Source: the human T2T-CHM13v2.0 reference genome, Homo sapiens. Taken from it: a stretch of 64,000 nucleotides of DNA. Position numbers and translations under genes: made by a program. The notes beneath the pieces are model-generated. The model saw only the letters and a program-made list of their open reading frames with translations. It was not told where the DNA came from and did not search any database. How positions within the stretch are numbered: the first letter of the stretch is position 1; each line of letters starts with the position of its first letter. The DNA is taken from NCBI RefSeq assembly GCF_009914755.1, contig NC_060947.1. One strand, written 5' to 3'. Of the stretch, positions 46,351 to 60,124 are shown piece after piece.

Positions 46351-49300
46351 TGTATTATTATCTCAACAGACTCAGAAGAAATTGACAAAATTCAACAGGC
46401 TTTTATGTGTAAAACACTCAACAAGTTAGAACAAAATGTTCTTCAACTTGATAAAGGGCACTTATGAAAAATGAACAGACAACATTATATTTAATATGAA
46501 AGACTGATGGCTTTCCCCTAAGATCAGAAAGAAGGCAAGGATGTCTGCTTTCACCACTTCTAGTCAGTATTTTAGTGGTTGTATTATCCAGAGAAATTCA
46601 GCAAGAAAAATAAATAAAAGGCACCCTGACTGTAAAGGAAAATGTAAAACTATCTCTTTTATTTGAATGACACAATTTTGTATATAGAAAGTCATAAGTA
46701 ATCTGTTAAAAAAAATTAGAGGTAGTAAGTGAGTTCAGCGAGATTTTAGGAAAAAAGATCAACATACAAAAATGAATTGTTTCTATACACTAACAATGAA
46801 TGTCCCCAAAATGAAACTTTAAAAATTCCATTTACAGTAGCATAAGAAATAAAATATTTGGGAACAAATTTAACAATGCAAATGCAAAACATATATTTTG
46901 AGAACTATAAAATATGTTGAAAGAAATGAAAGAATATACAAATTAATAAGACATCCCATATGTGTATATAACAGAAGTCGGTATTGTTAAATGGCAACAT
47001 TACCCAAAATAATCTACAAATTCAATGCCATCCCAGAGAGACTCCCAACATAATATATTTTGCAAAAATTGACAACCCAATCCTAAAATTCATATGGAAA
47101 TGCAAGTAACACAGAATAGTCAAGATCCTTTAAACTTGAAAAAGAATAATCAAGTTGAAGGACTTGCACTTGTCAATTTCAAAATGAAATTGGATTCCTA
47201 TGTCACACCATATACAAAAATCAACACAAAATGGGTCATATATCTAACTATAACAGCAAAAACTATTAGAAAAAAAATGTAAGTGTAAATCTTCATAACC
47301 TTGGATTAGGGAACAGTTTCTGAGATAGGATGACAAAAGCACAAGCGATAGAACAAATAATAGATAACTTGGACTTATTCCAAATGCAAAGTTTCTGTGT
47401 GCCAAATGATGCCATCAAGAAAGTGAAAAGACAATGTATAGAATGAAAAATAAAATTGGAAATCATATATTTGATAAAGGTTAGTGTCCAGAATATGCAG
47501 AACTCTTATAGCATACAACAACAACAACAAAACACAACTCAGTTTTTAAAATAGGCATTGGACTTGAATAGACATTTAAGATACACAAATAAGCAATTTG
47601 TGTATTGCTCAAAAATATATTCAACATCACTAGCCATCAGGGAAATGCAAATCAAAACCACAATGAGATCCCACTTCACATCCACTAGTTGGCTATCACG
47701 AAAAAAAAGACAGATATTAACACGAATTAATGAGAATGTGTAGAAAGTCAAGCCCTCATACATTTATACATTTCTGGTGGGGATGTAAAATGCTTCAGCC
47801 ACTGTGGAAAGTTAAACATAGAATTACCATAGGACCCAGCAATTCCCAAGAGTTTTGAAAACACATCTCCAAACAAAAACTTGTACATGAATGTTCATAC
47901 CACCATTATTCATAATAGCCAGAGGTGTGAACAACCCAAATGTCCATCAACTGATGTACAAATTTTAAAAATCCAAACAACAGAATATTAGCAGAAAGAA
48001 GGAAAGATATACTGATATGTGCCACAATATGGATGAACCTTGAAAATATTATACTTAGTGAAAGATGTCAGTCATAAAAGGCCCCATGTTGTATGATTGT
48101 ATTTATATAAAATGTCCAGGATAGGTACATATCCCATATACACAGAAAGTAGATCGTGGTTTCTAGGGTCTGGCCGAAGAGGAGAATGGAGAGTGACAGC
48201 TAATGAGTATGACATTTGTTTTGGGGGCTATGAAAATGTACTGGATTGCACAACTCTTTAAATATACTAAAAAACACTGAATTGTTTATTTTAAAGGTTA
48301 CATTTTATTGTTTATAAATTATATCTCAATAATTTGTATTCAAAAAGAAATAATGGTAGTTCTCAATACATAAAATGAAAGAGGCACACAGAGAAAAACT
48401 TATTTGGTAAACTCAGAATTCCAAAGGACATGCCGAAAAGGAGGAGACATTTATGGTCAAAGATAACTCAAAATGGCAACCTATAAAACAATAAAATAAT
48501 TGACACCTATAATTGAATTTTTAACCACTACAAAAAATAGCCCTCTTAAATCTGCAAGCTGGTTTACAAGACTGACACAAAGCACAAATGTGTACTACAA
48601 ACTCCTTGTGGGTAGGGATTATTTCTAAATTTCTTTTGACTCTGATAACTTTATTTGAGGACATGTTTATTCATTTTTAATGACTGATTCTCAATTATAT
48701 AAAATCAAATGAAAACAAAGATGTTCTGAAACTAATGTGTTGTATCAATTAAAATAGCATCTGGCTATTTAACCTCAAGCGTTGTTTATAGGGAAACAAC
48801 ATTATACATTCCACAAGGGCAAGAAGAATTACTAGAAAAGTAAAGAGAAGTATAGTTTATTTAAAAAACAATAGCTTTTATTTTCTAAGCAAGCAGATAT
48901 CCTATGAAATTTGTTTTTAAGAGATTTCACCAAATATTATGTAATGGCATCTTTGTACAGCCAATCTTTTTTTTAAGTTCAGTTATACTTCATGTAATAT
49001 CGTGTAAATAACTGTAAGAAATGCTTCTATTTTAAGAAACCTGTTAATTAGCCTTAAGGTCAGAAAGGAATTTCCCCATCCTATTGATAAATGTGTTATA
49101 TTTGGTTAACTGAATTCTAATTTTTTCAATATGAACTCCTAGTTATGACTGTGCTTGGTCCATTCTCTTCCTTAATAAGGCATAACATGGACCTCTGCTG
49201 ACTGAGGTTATTGAAAGATTTGATGGGTGAATAGTCTGAATTGGTATACTGAATCTAAATAATTACAATAACTAAAATAATTATTATGTAACATTTAATA

Positions 49301-51766
49301 AATAAGACTGAGAGAAGTATTTCTATTTCATTAGGTTAAAAGAGCACAAGCATGTCATTGAGAAAACATTGAGAAGTTTTATAGCCACATTGTTGAAACA
49401 AATGTTAAAGGGGAAATAATCAAATTTTAGTTCTCATTTAGACTCTATTGCATTGCTACCTACTTGCTGTCATTCCTTCCTTCCTTCCTTTGCTCCATAT
49501 TTCCATCCATTCTTCCTTCATTTTCTCCTTTCATAAACATGTATCAAGCATATGTCTACTCTGAAGCAAGGAAATACTTTCATTTTACTTTCTCTAAACT
49601 GGCCTGCATACATTGCTGTAAATAGAAAGGCAGGGTAGACTAGGAAAGAGCAGCACATTGTGCAAGGCCCAGTCTCACTGCCTAATTCCCATTTGATATA
49701 CACATCTGTCCCTGTGTTTATTTTCATAAATCTATCAACAGCTAAAGCCTTATTTAAGAATCAGGCTTTTCATAGATGTGACATAATTTGTGGGCAACCA
49801 AAGCAGTAACATATGATTTGGATTTGTTTTTCTTCAATTAGTGACACTTCACATTATTTTAATAGTAAAAACATCAAGTAAAAGTAAGGTTCCTTGGTAT
49901 TATTTTGATTAGCCATTAAATATTTCCTTGGCCAATTTATGTCACTTTTAACTTCACATTTCAGCTTTTAAATCTAGAGGTAAAATCTGAGTGAAGGGCA
50001 TAAAGATCTCTTACCTCTCTTACCTGCAATTCATCAGTAAATAGTGAATATATCCTAATGTGCTCCTTTCTATTTCCTTAGATGCTACCACATCTCTTTT
50101 GCTTTATTGGGAAAAAAGTCCAAACCAAGAGTTATTGTTTCTTCTAGGACTCAGAGAGAGAGAGTCAAACCAGCCAGAGAATCTAAAAAGTGATGTTTTC
50201 CTAATCCCTGCTCTCCTGCAAATACCTTTTAGAATCAGACAGATAACTAATAGCTGACATGGGTTACACTTCTATAAAACTTATATGTAAGAGCATTTTC
50301 CTTCTACAAGTATGCTATCATCCTCTCTTATCAATCATACTAATTCTATCTTTCCATTTCTAACTTCTTACCATTGAGTTTTTTTTTTGTTTAGTTTTAG
50401 TTTTAGTTTTTTGTTTTTTTTTTCTGTAGTAAAGGTGAATGTGCTAGATTTGGAAAAAGACTTTAGTTAGTGAGTCAAATTTAGGCACCAAAGAAATGCC
50501 TGTCTTCTCCACTATACAGCCTGACCTCCTTGCCATAAGAGAAATTCTTTTTAGTTAAGGTGGTATCTTAAGGAAGTCCCAATTTAAGTAAAAATATATT
50601 GCATACAAAGAATAAAACTATGAGCAGTTAAATGTCTATACAGGTTATCTAGGAATGGCAATCAAAAACGAAAAGCTTGGAAAGAGGAGAAAATATACAT
50701 TTTGATGAGAGAGAAGAAACAAAGTTTTTACTGAGCAAGGAAAGTAGATTCATATTGAAATCTGTGAGAGTCTCTGGGTAATATGAGGACACAGTTGCCT
50801 AGATAAGACAAGTAAAAGTAAACAGTGATATCTATGTAAATAGGAGGGAGAAAGGAGCCAAAGTTAGCCCTCAAAACTTAGCTTGGATTCAGCTTTGGCC
50901 TACACAATAGGAAACAACAACACGAAAGTCAAAAAAAAATGGGAATGATGTGTGTGTTTATGTGTTTGTGTGTGCACATATGCCTGCATGTGTGAATATG
51001 TGTATGAATGTATGATTTTCCATGTATTTAAAAATGTTCTGCACTGAAAATAATGCAGCATATAAATACTAATAATTGGCACCAAGATTTTAAAATAAGA
51101 CAATCTTTGGAACCAAGCTAAAAACAAAGGAGGCCTGTAAGTGAACAATATAATTTCATCTATTACGGGCTTGAAGAAAATGCTAGGACAATCTACAGAA
51201 AAAAAAATTAAAGGGTGCCTTAACACCTGTATGACTGTTCCTGGCTCTGCCAAATGTCAACAGCTCCAATTTTGGACTGGGACCTTTAATAGTCTAAAAG
51301 ATGGGTCTATCATGACCTTCAGTGGCAAAAAAAAAAAAAAAAAAAAAAGTGTTCAACTATATTTCTTGCAACAAAAATATTTTTTATCATTTTTTTGAAC
51401 TGTTAACTGTGGTACATAATTTATCCTCTGGTCCATGAGAATTATAGTCATTAGGTAGAAAGAATTAATTGAATAGCATTTCTAGAAGTAAATCAGAATC
51501 AGCCAGGTGGACTAAAGAATAAGTAAACCGCTTTTCCAACCAGAAAAGGCAGAACAAAAATTGAGGAGAGGAAATTGAAATCAAATTATCAAGGAGGTTA
51601 TTGCAATAGAGCGCTGAGTTCATCTTACCTAAGTTTAAATCCCTAAGCTCAAGTAATTTGCATCCTGTTCAAGAAAGAAGGAGATGAAATTACCAAGGTT
51701 TAACTAACAGAAATATATATAAAATCAGTACCTAGGCAAACAAAACTACTTAATAGTATAGGATAT

Positions 51767-52098
51767 TGCTATAGACTGAATTGTGTCCCCCCAAAAAGAA
51801 TCCATATGTTGAAACCCTAACTCTCATTGTGATGGCCTTTGGGAGGTAATTAGGCTTTGATGAGGTCATGAGCATGGATCCCTCATTGTGGGATTATGGA
51901 GTCTTCCTCTTGTACAAAGAGATACCAGAAAGCTTGAGGTCTCTCTCTCTCTCTCTCTGCCATGTGAGAGCACAGTGAGAAGGCAGCCATTTATATGTCA
52001 GAAAGAGAGCCCTCACCAGAAACCAAATATGCTGGTACCTTGACCTTGGACTTCTATCCTTCAAAACTGTGAGAAAATAAATTTCTGTTGTTGAAACC
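51767..52098 (+). mobile_element. MLT1A/C-type MaLR LTR (3' truncated)
   Basis: TGCTATAGACTGAATTGTGTCCCC..AATAAATTTCTGTTGTT. Confidence 0.8.
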
Positions 52099-52989
52099 AA
52101 AATGATCTAGGTGTTTTAGTTTACTAAAAGACTGAGTGACTTGTATTATAATGTAAAGCTGCTGTCAAGAAGTGAATGCTGAGTTATGCTGCAGTAACAA
52201 AAGTGTAGATTCCACTACCAGTACAATCACAACAACAACATGATAATGTCCCTTTACTCTGGTGAGCCACTTCTTGAATGTTACACTAAATTCAGGCTAA
52301 TGCATTTTAAGGGGGAATGTGTGACAAAGCAATACCCAAAAAATGACAGCCAGTGTTATAAGAGGGGCTTAAAAATAAAGCATAATGTAGTGGAGACTGG
52401 GAATCAGGTCTACTATGTTGCATAATGCCAGGGTGGCACCATTTGCATTGCAACCTGAGCAACTTTACATGGCAGCCCTGCTAGAAATCCAGAGAGGTGA
52501 CTTCTAGTTCTGATTTTTCCCCTAAGTATAATCATTGTGTATCTTTAGGCAACAGAGGGTGGGAGACTATACAATCTCCAAGGTTCTTTCTAGTCTACAT
52601 ACTACACTTCTATAAATGTGCTACTGCATGAAGTAGTGAGATTTTGAATTCAAGCTGGCTTAACTACCTGTCAGGAATATTGTAGACAACTTCCCCACAG
52701 TGGGTTATAAGTTGGACTATGTAACTTCTAAAGTCTCTTCTCATTCTAAGAATCTGTAATTTTTGAATCCAGAGCCTAAGACCACCATCTAAGTACCTCA
52801 CCCTGACATTTCTAGCATTGTGTTTCATGATCTGTGCAGTACAACTAGGATATACGTCTAGGTTGAGAAGACTGAGGAGAGCTGTAAATCACATAGTTAA
52901 GACATCTAACACAGTATTTTGAGTTCAAATTGATACCGTTTCATTGGCTGCAAAACATTAAGCAGTGCTATGATGGCCTTGACCAACAG

Positions 52990-53460
52990 AACTCAGTAGA
53001 AAGAACAAGGGACTTGGAGCTATATCTAGGTTCAAATTTCAGATTTAGTAGTTATTAGCTATGTCATTTTAGGCAAACTTAATCACCACCACAATTTCCA
53101 TCATTGTGATGAAAACAACAATAATTGATGCTATTAAATAGCATTTATTAAGTTTTAGGTACCTGCTATTCACTATTTTATTAATTTGCATAAAAACAAT
53201 ATGAGGTAGGTATAATGGCCCACATTTTACATGAGTTTACGCAAAGTTATACAGTCAGTAAATTGTGAAGCTGGGCTTTCAGCCTTAGTTGACTATATCA
53301 TCTATATTTCTAACCTCTTTAATATACTACCCTGTTTTCTGAACTTCAGTTTTTTCATCAGTATAATGAGGAAAGTCTATTTAAATGTTGTGGTAAAATC
53401 AGAAATATCTTAAAGCATCTAACATATATTAATGGCTCTATAAATTGTAGCTACAATTAT
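52990..53460. mobile_element. MIR fragments (both orientations)
   Basis: GGTTCAAATTTC..TAGCTATGTCATTTTAGGCAA; antisense MIR at ~53130-53330. Confidence 0.55.
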
Positions 53461-53707
53461 TATTATAATTTATTCATAACCCTACCCTTTTAGGCACATA
53501 TCAGGGGATAAGGCAGTAAGAATTTTTATACATTCAAGAAGATGCATCCCTTGGCTGTTTCTACAGGAACCATCTTTAAGGTTAGAGAATTTACCCAAAG
53601 TTTAATATCCTGGTGGGTTATAATAATGATTAACAAGATACTAAAAAAATAAAACTTAACTTTTGTCTATCACACGTTCCAACAGCAAAAAATATTATAT
53701 ATGGGTG

Positions 53708-53712
<5 letters not shown>

Positions 53713-53746
<34 letters not shown>
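53713..53746. repeat. (CA)n microsatellite
   Basis: About 17 CA units. Confidence 0.95.
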
Positions 53747-53748
<2 letters not shown>

Positions 53749-53749
53749 A

Positions 53750-54560
<811 letters not shown>

Positions 54561-54576
54561 TAAGATTATGTTTTTA

Positions 54577-54945
54577 TTTTATTGTTTTAATTTTAATTTT
54601 ATTTATTTGTATCTTAAAGTTCTGGGATACATGTGCTGAACATGCAGGTTTGCTACATAGGTTTACATGTGCCGTGGTGGTTTGCTGCACCTATCAACCC
54701 GTCATCTAGGTTTTAAGCCCCGCAAGCATTAGGTATTTGTCCTAATGTTCTCCCTCCCCTTTCCCCCGACCCCCCAACAGGCCCCAGTGTATGATGTCTC
54801 CCTCCCTGTGTCCATGTGTGTTTTGTTCAACTCCCACTTATGAGTGAGAACATGCAGTGTTTGGTTTTCTGTTCCTGTGTTAGTTTGCTGAGGATGATGG
54901 TTTCCAGCTTCATCCATGTCCCTACAAAGGACATGAACTCATTCT
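54577..54945 (-). mobile_element. Short 5'-truncated L1PA7/8 3' end
   Basis: Antisense 3'UTR; perfect 11-bp TSD TTATGTTTTTA (54566-54576 / 54946-54956). Confidence 0.9.
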
Positions 54946-56368
54946 TTATGTTTTTAAAATGTTCCTGCTTACAATTTTAAAAATTATTTTTAGAACGTAT
55001 CAACTTGCAGTTAGCAACTCTTATAAAAAATACATGGACAATCATGATTGAGGGTATGTTGTCACAGATTAACAATTGAAATGTAGAGGAAATTATTATT
55101 TGAAAGTTGCTGCTTTTAGTATTTGTGATGTCAGGATATCATACCTCATCATGGTCTTCCAATTTAACAAATAATTTTCTTTTCCAAAGAAAGAAGATGT
55201 GTGAGGACCATGAAGAGACAATTATTTTGCCTCAGGTTTCAAGTCATCTGATCTTGTGTCTTGCCCTCAGGTAAGTGATTAAATGTAGTTGTGGACACTG
55301 GTATTTCTCTTCTTGAGTAATTTTAGCAATAAAACCTATACATTAATCCTTTGAAGCAAAACAATGAGAAAAATTGTCGTAACCATTTTTTAAGCCCAAT
55401 TTTCTTAATCCTTGTATTTCGGGTATACAGAGTTCAACCTTAATCAACTCTCTGTTGGCAAAGTAATATTTGTTATTTCCCTTACCCTTTTGTTATATTT
55501 CAAGCTCTCTTTCTGACAATATAAATTCTTCCCTAGGGAGTTAAGAAATTATATTTCTAGCAACCCAAATCCTACTATTCTGAGTCTATGGCTAATTTAT
55601 AATTTGGTTTAGTAGTGAACAACTTAAAATAGCAATATTTAATGTCAATATTCAGTATATTGAATCTTATATGAATTGGCTAATACATTTTGAATTGACT
55701 GGCTCATTGATTAGCATCTACTTTGAAAGCCCAGGCACTGTTATGTTTATGTAGGTTATTGTGTTTAAGTTAAATAAGATGAGAGTTTCTGTTTCCCATT
55801 TAGGAAATTTCTGGAAGAACCAGTACCATTCCAGACATATGCCAATTTGATATCCTCTTTCTGTGGTTAAGAGCTATCTAAAATACATACACACTTTTGG
55901 CAGTACAATCCTTGGTATTTACAGAAATGAAACAAGATAATTATGTAGACTAAATGTTAGCAGATTCTTGTTTCCCCAATGACTACTAAGGATGTTTCAC
56001 TCAATCTCTGCTTCTAGTAACCAAATTTCTCAGAATAACACTACAACACTTGGAAATGAAAAGTACAGATCCCAAGCCGTTATAGATCCCCAAGTTGCGA
56101 AGGAATTCTGACAATTTAAGTTACACATTTGTTTCATTCTTGATCCAAAACTAACCGACACTTAATCAGACCTCAAAATCCAAATCTATGTAAATTGAAA
56201 TATTGAACCTTACTGTTAAATGTATTCTGAGTAGACACCTGAATATGATAATTTGGAACAAATAAAAATGTCTCTTCAACTCTGCTTTGTTGAACCAACT
56301 TGGGAAATTAGAAAATATTAACAACTAATGGGTAAACAAGCAAAATGCATATGAAATGTAAATTGTAT

Positions 56369-56830
56369 TAAGGGAGGAAACCACCCCTCATATTGTCTTA
56401 TGCCCAATTTCTGCCTCCAAAGAAAGAAAAAGTAAAAACTAAAAGGCAGAAAAGAAATCCACAGGCAGACAGCCCGGCGCCACACCCTGGGCCTGGTAGT
56501 TAAAGATGGACCCCTGACCTAATCGGTTATGTTATCTATAGATTACAGACATTGTATAGAAAAGCACTGTGAAAATCCCTTTCCTATTTTGTTCTGATCT
56601 AATTACCAGTGGATGCAGCCGCCAGTCACGTACCCCCTGCTTACTCAATCAATCACGACCCTCTCACGCACAACCCCTTAGAGTTGTGAGCCCTTAAAAG
56701 GGACAGGAATTGCTCGCTCAGGGAGCTCGGCTCTTGAGACAGGAGTCTTGCCAATGCCCGCAGCCGAATAAACCCCTTCCTTCTTTAACTCGGTGTCTGA
56801 GGAGTTTTGTCTGCGGCTCGTCATGCTACA
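56369..56830 (+). mobile_element. Solo LTR2 (HERV-E/Harlequin)
   Basis: TAAGGGAGGAAACCACCCCTCATATTGTC...TGCTACA; 4-bp TSD GTAT; AATAAA at 56767-56772. Confidence 0.93.
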
Positions 56831-57504
56831 GTATAAGTTATTTCTATTTATATTGAAAAGATATGCAGGACCAATCTTAGTGCATGAGAATAGATCTTAC
56901 AAAATTTTAAATAGGGAACCTTTATATTTAGAAGTATCATCAGAAGAAATGGGCAGGGATATCTGCCTTGTGTTTTCATGAGGAGCGAGGATGAGGATGC
57001 CCGTCATAATCATAGCTGGTGGGATCTGGGTCTCAGATTATGGAAGGGCTCAGAAGCATAAATCCAATATAGAAGATAATAGAGACTCCAACAACTCAGT
57101 GTCTCCCAAAAGTCTTGTTATATAGCTCATTTTACCATAAAGAACTAGCATTTTTTTGACAGAATCTATGGTATATTCATGGATAATAGAACATGCATAA
57201 GGAAATAAGACTCTTCCAGACTATAATAATCAACAACTGAGAAGAGGTTTTCTTCTCTGTCTAGAGGAGGAAGAGGAAAAAGGGAGAAATCACTGATGAG
57301 GGAGTACGTAATATCTTCTAGTCAAAAAATCACAATGTGCTGCATATGCCTAACTGCACAATGGAATACCATACAAACAAGTACAATGAGCTAGGATTCA
57401 GATTTTAGTCTAGATTTTAATGTTTATAAGTGGTAAGACCATGGACAAATCGCTTGACCTCCCTGGACTTAAGTATCTCTAAAATAGAGGCTTTGGCCTA
57501 AACC

Positions 57505-57925
57505 ATGTGGTCACAAACTCAAATGCATGAAAAAGCCAGGCAGGCTATGTAAATCAGATTATTTAAATGTGTCAATTGAGAGAAAAGCAATTGTCCAAGC
57601 AGGAGGTTATGGCAGCTGACTTCCTGCATTAGAACCAGGGAAACTGTAGGGAGTGGTAAGAATTGAGGTAAACTGAAGAGCCCCAGCTGGATTTAATGAT
57701 GGCAGCCACTACTGAGCTCCAACAATCAATGCTTTTTGAGAATATAGGTCCCATTCTGCCAAATCTTCTGATTCTTCAAGACAAACTGGATATACAGATT
57801 TGTATGCAACATCTCCCCACCTTTTTAATGTTAGCAACCAGTTTATTTGGAAACATTATGCAGGCTCGAAAAAACATACCTTGGATAGATCTGTCCTGCA
57901 AACAGCCAGTTTCTAACCTCTGGCT
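57505..57925. mobile_element. Possible old hAT/Charlie-type MITE within a MIR
   Basis: Weak terminal inverted similarity (TGGTCACAAACT.. / ..AGTTTCTAACC); MIR core just upstream. Confidence 0.35.
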
Positions 57926-58657
57926 TAGATAATCTATAAAATTCGACTGTGACATTAATAAGATCCAATTAGAGTTGTTTTAGAATTCAGGCCTTAGCTT
58001 TGGCTGATGGCACTTCCTTATCCCATCTCTGCTCCTTACCTATACCATAGCCTTTTCCACTCACCTGACTTCTTGTGACCAACATACTCTCTACATCTTT
58101 AGCAAGCCCTCATCCTCTTACATATGAAGGCCCAACCACGCCTCCCATTCATGACCCTCCAGCCATGGCCCTGTCACTTCTGTAACCGAACCATGCCTCC
58201 CCAACACACACTACCCGTGCTGGCCAGGTTTTAAAACACCTTGTATTAGTCAATTTGTGCCTATTTGACTGTGAACCATATTCACTTAGTAGAGTATAAT
58301 GTGACCTTAAATGGAGGGAGCAACTAATTCTTATCTGGGAATATTTTCTGACAAGTGAGATTGAATGGTACGCATCTATCACTGGTATCAGATAACAACT
58401 TTAACTTATGTTTCATTTGAATATATATTCTGTGAATGAATGGGTAAGGAAACAAACCAAATCTGGGTCTGAAAGTTGTTTATAAAGAATCTGCATAAAA
58501 GTAAAGCATAATTATTGGGGGATAATAAACATTCTAAAATTTTACAATATTAAATTGACAAAGATTTTATATATTCAAAGTACAGAGCACAATAAATTGA
58601 TGTACATAAACATTGTGTAATAATTACAAAAATCAAATGAACACACCCATCACCACC

Positions 58658-59096
58658 TGCCTGAGTGAGTTTATTGTTGCCTTTTAATAGAATACCTGAA
58701 ATGAGGCAATTTTTTTTTTAATTTATTTGTTACTGTTATGGAGACTGAGAAGTCCAAGGTTGAGGGGCTGCATCTGGTGAGAAACTTCTTGCTGTTGAGG
58801 ACTTTGTACAGAATCTCAAGTTGATACACTGTATCAGATAATGAGATGGCCAAGCATATTAACATGCTTGCTCAGGTCTCTATTCCTCTTCTTATAAAGC
58901 CACAGGTTCCTCTCCCATGATAACCCATTAATCCATTAACTCATTAATCCATTAATTCATTAATGGGCTAACCAATTAACGAGAGCAGAGCTCTTATGAT
59001 CCAATCATGTCTTCAACGCCTTACTTTTCAAAAATGGCACAATGAGGGTTATGTTTCCAATGCATAAAATCTGGAGGACACATTCAAATCATATCA
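58658..59096 (-). mobile_element. MaLR solo LTR (MSTC/MSTD-like) inside an antisense L1M 3' fragment
   Basis: TG..CAAATCATATCA termini; perfect 5-bp TSD CCACC (58653-58657 / 59097-59101). Confidence 0.85.
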
Positions 59097-59164
59097 CCAC
59101 CTATGCTATACCTTAGATACCCAGAAATTCTTTATCTTACAAATTAAAGTTTGTACCCTTTTAA

Positions 59165-59665
59165 TCACTCAAATCCATTCAATTACACAGAAATTATAAA
59201 ATCTACTCCTGACTGACTTTTGAGTAAATAATGAAATTAAACCAGAAATCAAAAATTTTTTTGAAACTAATGAGAACAAAGATACAACATACTAGAATCT
59301 CTGGGACAAAAGTAAGTCCGTGTTAAGAACGAAATTTATAGCGTGAAATTTCCACCTAAAAATATTACACAGATTTCAAATTAACAACCTAATATCAACA
59401 CCAAAAGAAAGGAAGAAGCAAGAGCAAACCAATCCCAAACCTAGCAAAAGACAAGAAATAACCAAAATTAGTGCTAAACTAAAGGAAATCAAGACACAAA
59501 AAAAAATTCAAAACATCAACAAATCCAAGAGTTGGTTTCTTGAAAAATTAATGAGAGAGATAGGCTGCTATTGAGACTAATAAAGAAGAAAGAGAGAAGA
59601 TCCAAATAAACACAATAAAAAATGACAAAAGGAATGTTATTACTGAGGCCACAAAAATAAAAATA
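59165..59665 (+). mobile_element. L1P ORF2 fragment (host of the chimeric insertion)
   Basis: GACTTTTGAGTAAATAATGAAATTAA..GAGAGAAGATCCAAATAAACAC; breaks at ACAAAAATAAAAATA. Confidence 0.8.
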
Positions 59666-59916
59666 GCTGTCTGCCTGCGGGGTTGTGGGGTCCCGGCAGC
59701 TCAGAGGGGTGCTAAGTAAGCATCCTTCAGGGCAAGCCCAGCCAACGCAAAACCAGATTCCAGGCAGAGACACAGGCCATGTTAGAATAAAAGTAACAGA
59801 AATCATAAAGCCCCAGTTCAGATGGGAGTTCCCCACGTGACAGCACAGTTAATGGCCACTCATAGGCAAAGAAACTTCAGTAACATCTAGGTGGCATACA
59901 TGAATGCTTAAACTGG

Positions 59917-60124
59917 TGTGTCTCGCCACAGCAAGAACTTCAGGTCTTGTCTTCATTGCTCTTCATCCTCTGCTTCTAGAAGCAGAGCCTTTGTGACCTT
60001 GTGACCTGCAGGTATTGGGAGATCCACAGCGAGGATGCAAGGACCCCCTGGAAGCCTAGAAATGGTATTGCTGTCTCTAAGCAAGACCTGATCACCTGTC
60101 TGGAGCAAGGAAAAGAGCCTTGGA
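59917..60124 (+). pseudogene. Processed fragment of a ZNF91-subfamily KRAB-ZNF mRNA (exon 1 + KRAB-B exon)
   Basis: Exon-1 motif GTGACCTGCAGGTATTGGGAGATCCACAG..ATG CAA GGA CCC CCT GGA AGC CTA GAA ATG (MQGPPGSLEM, compare ZNF91 MPGTPGSLEM), joined at 60064/60065 to KRAB-B sequence GIAVSKQDLITCLEQGKEPW with no intron. Confidence 0.88.
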
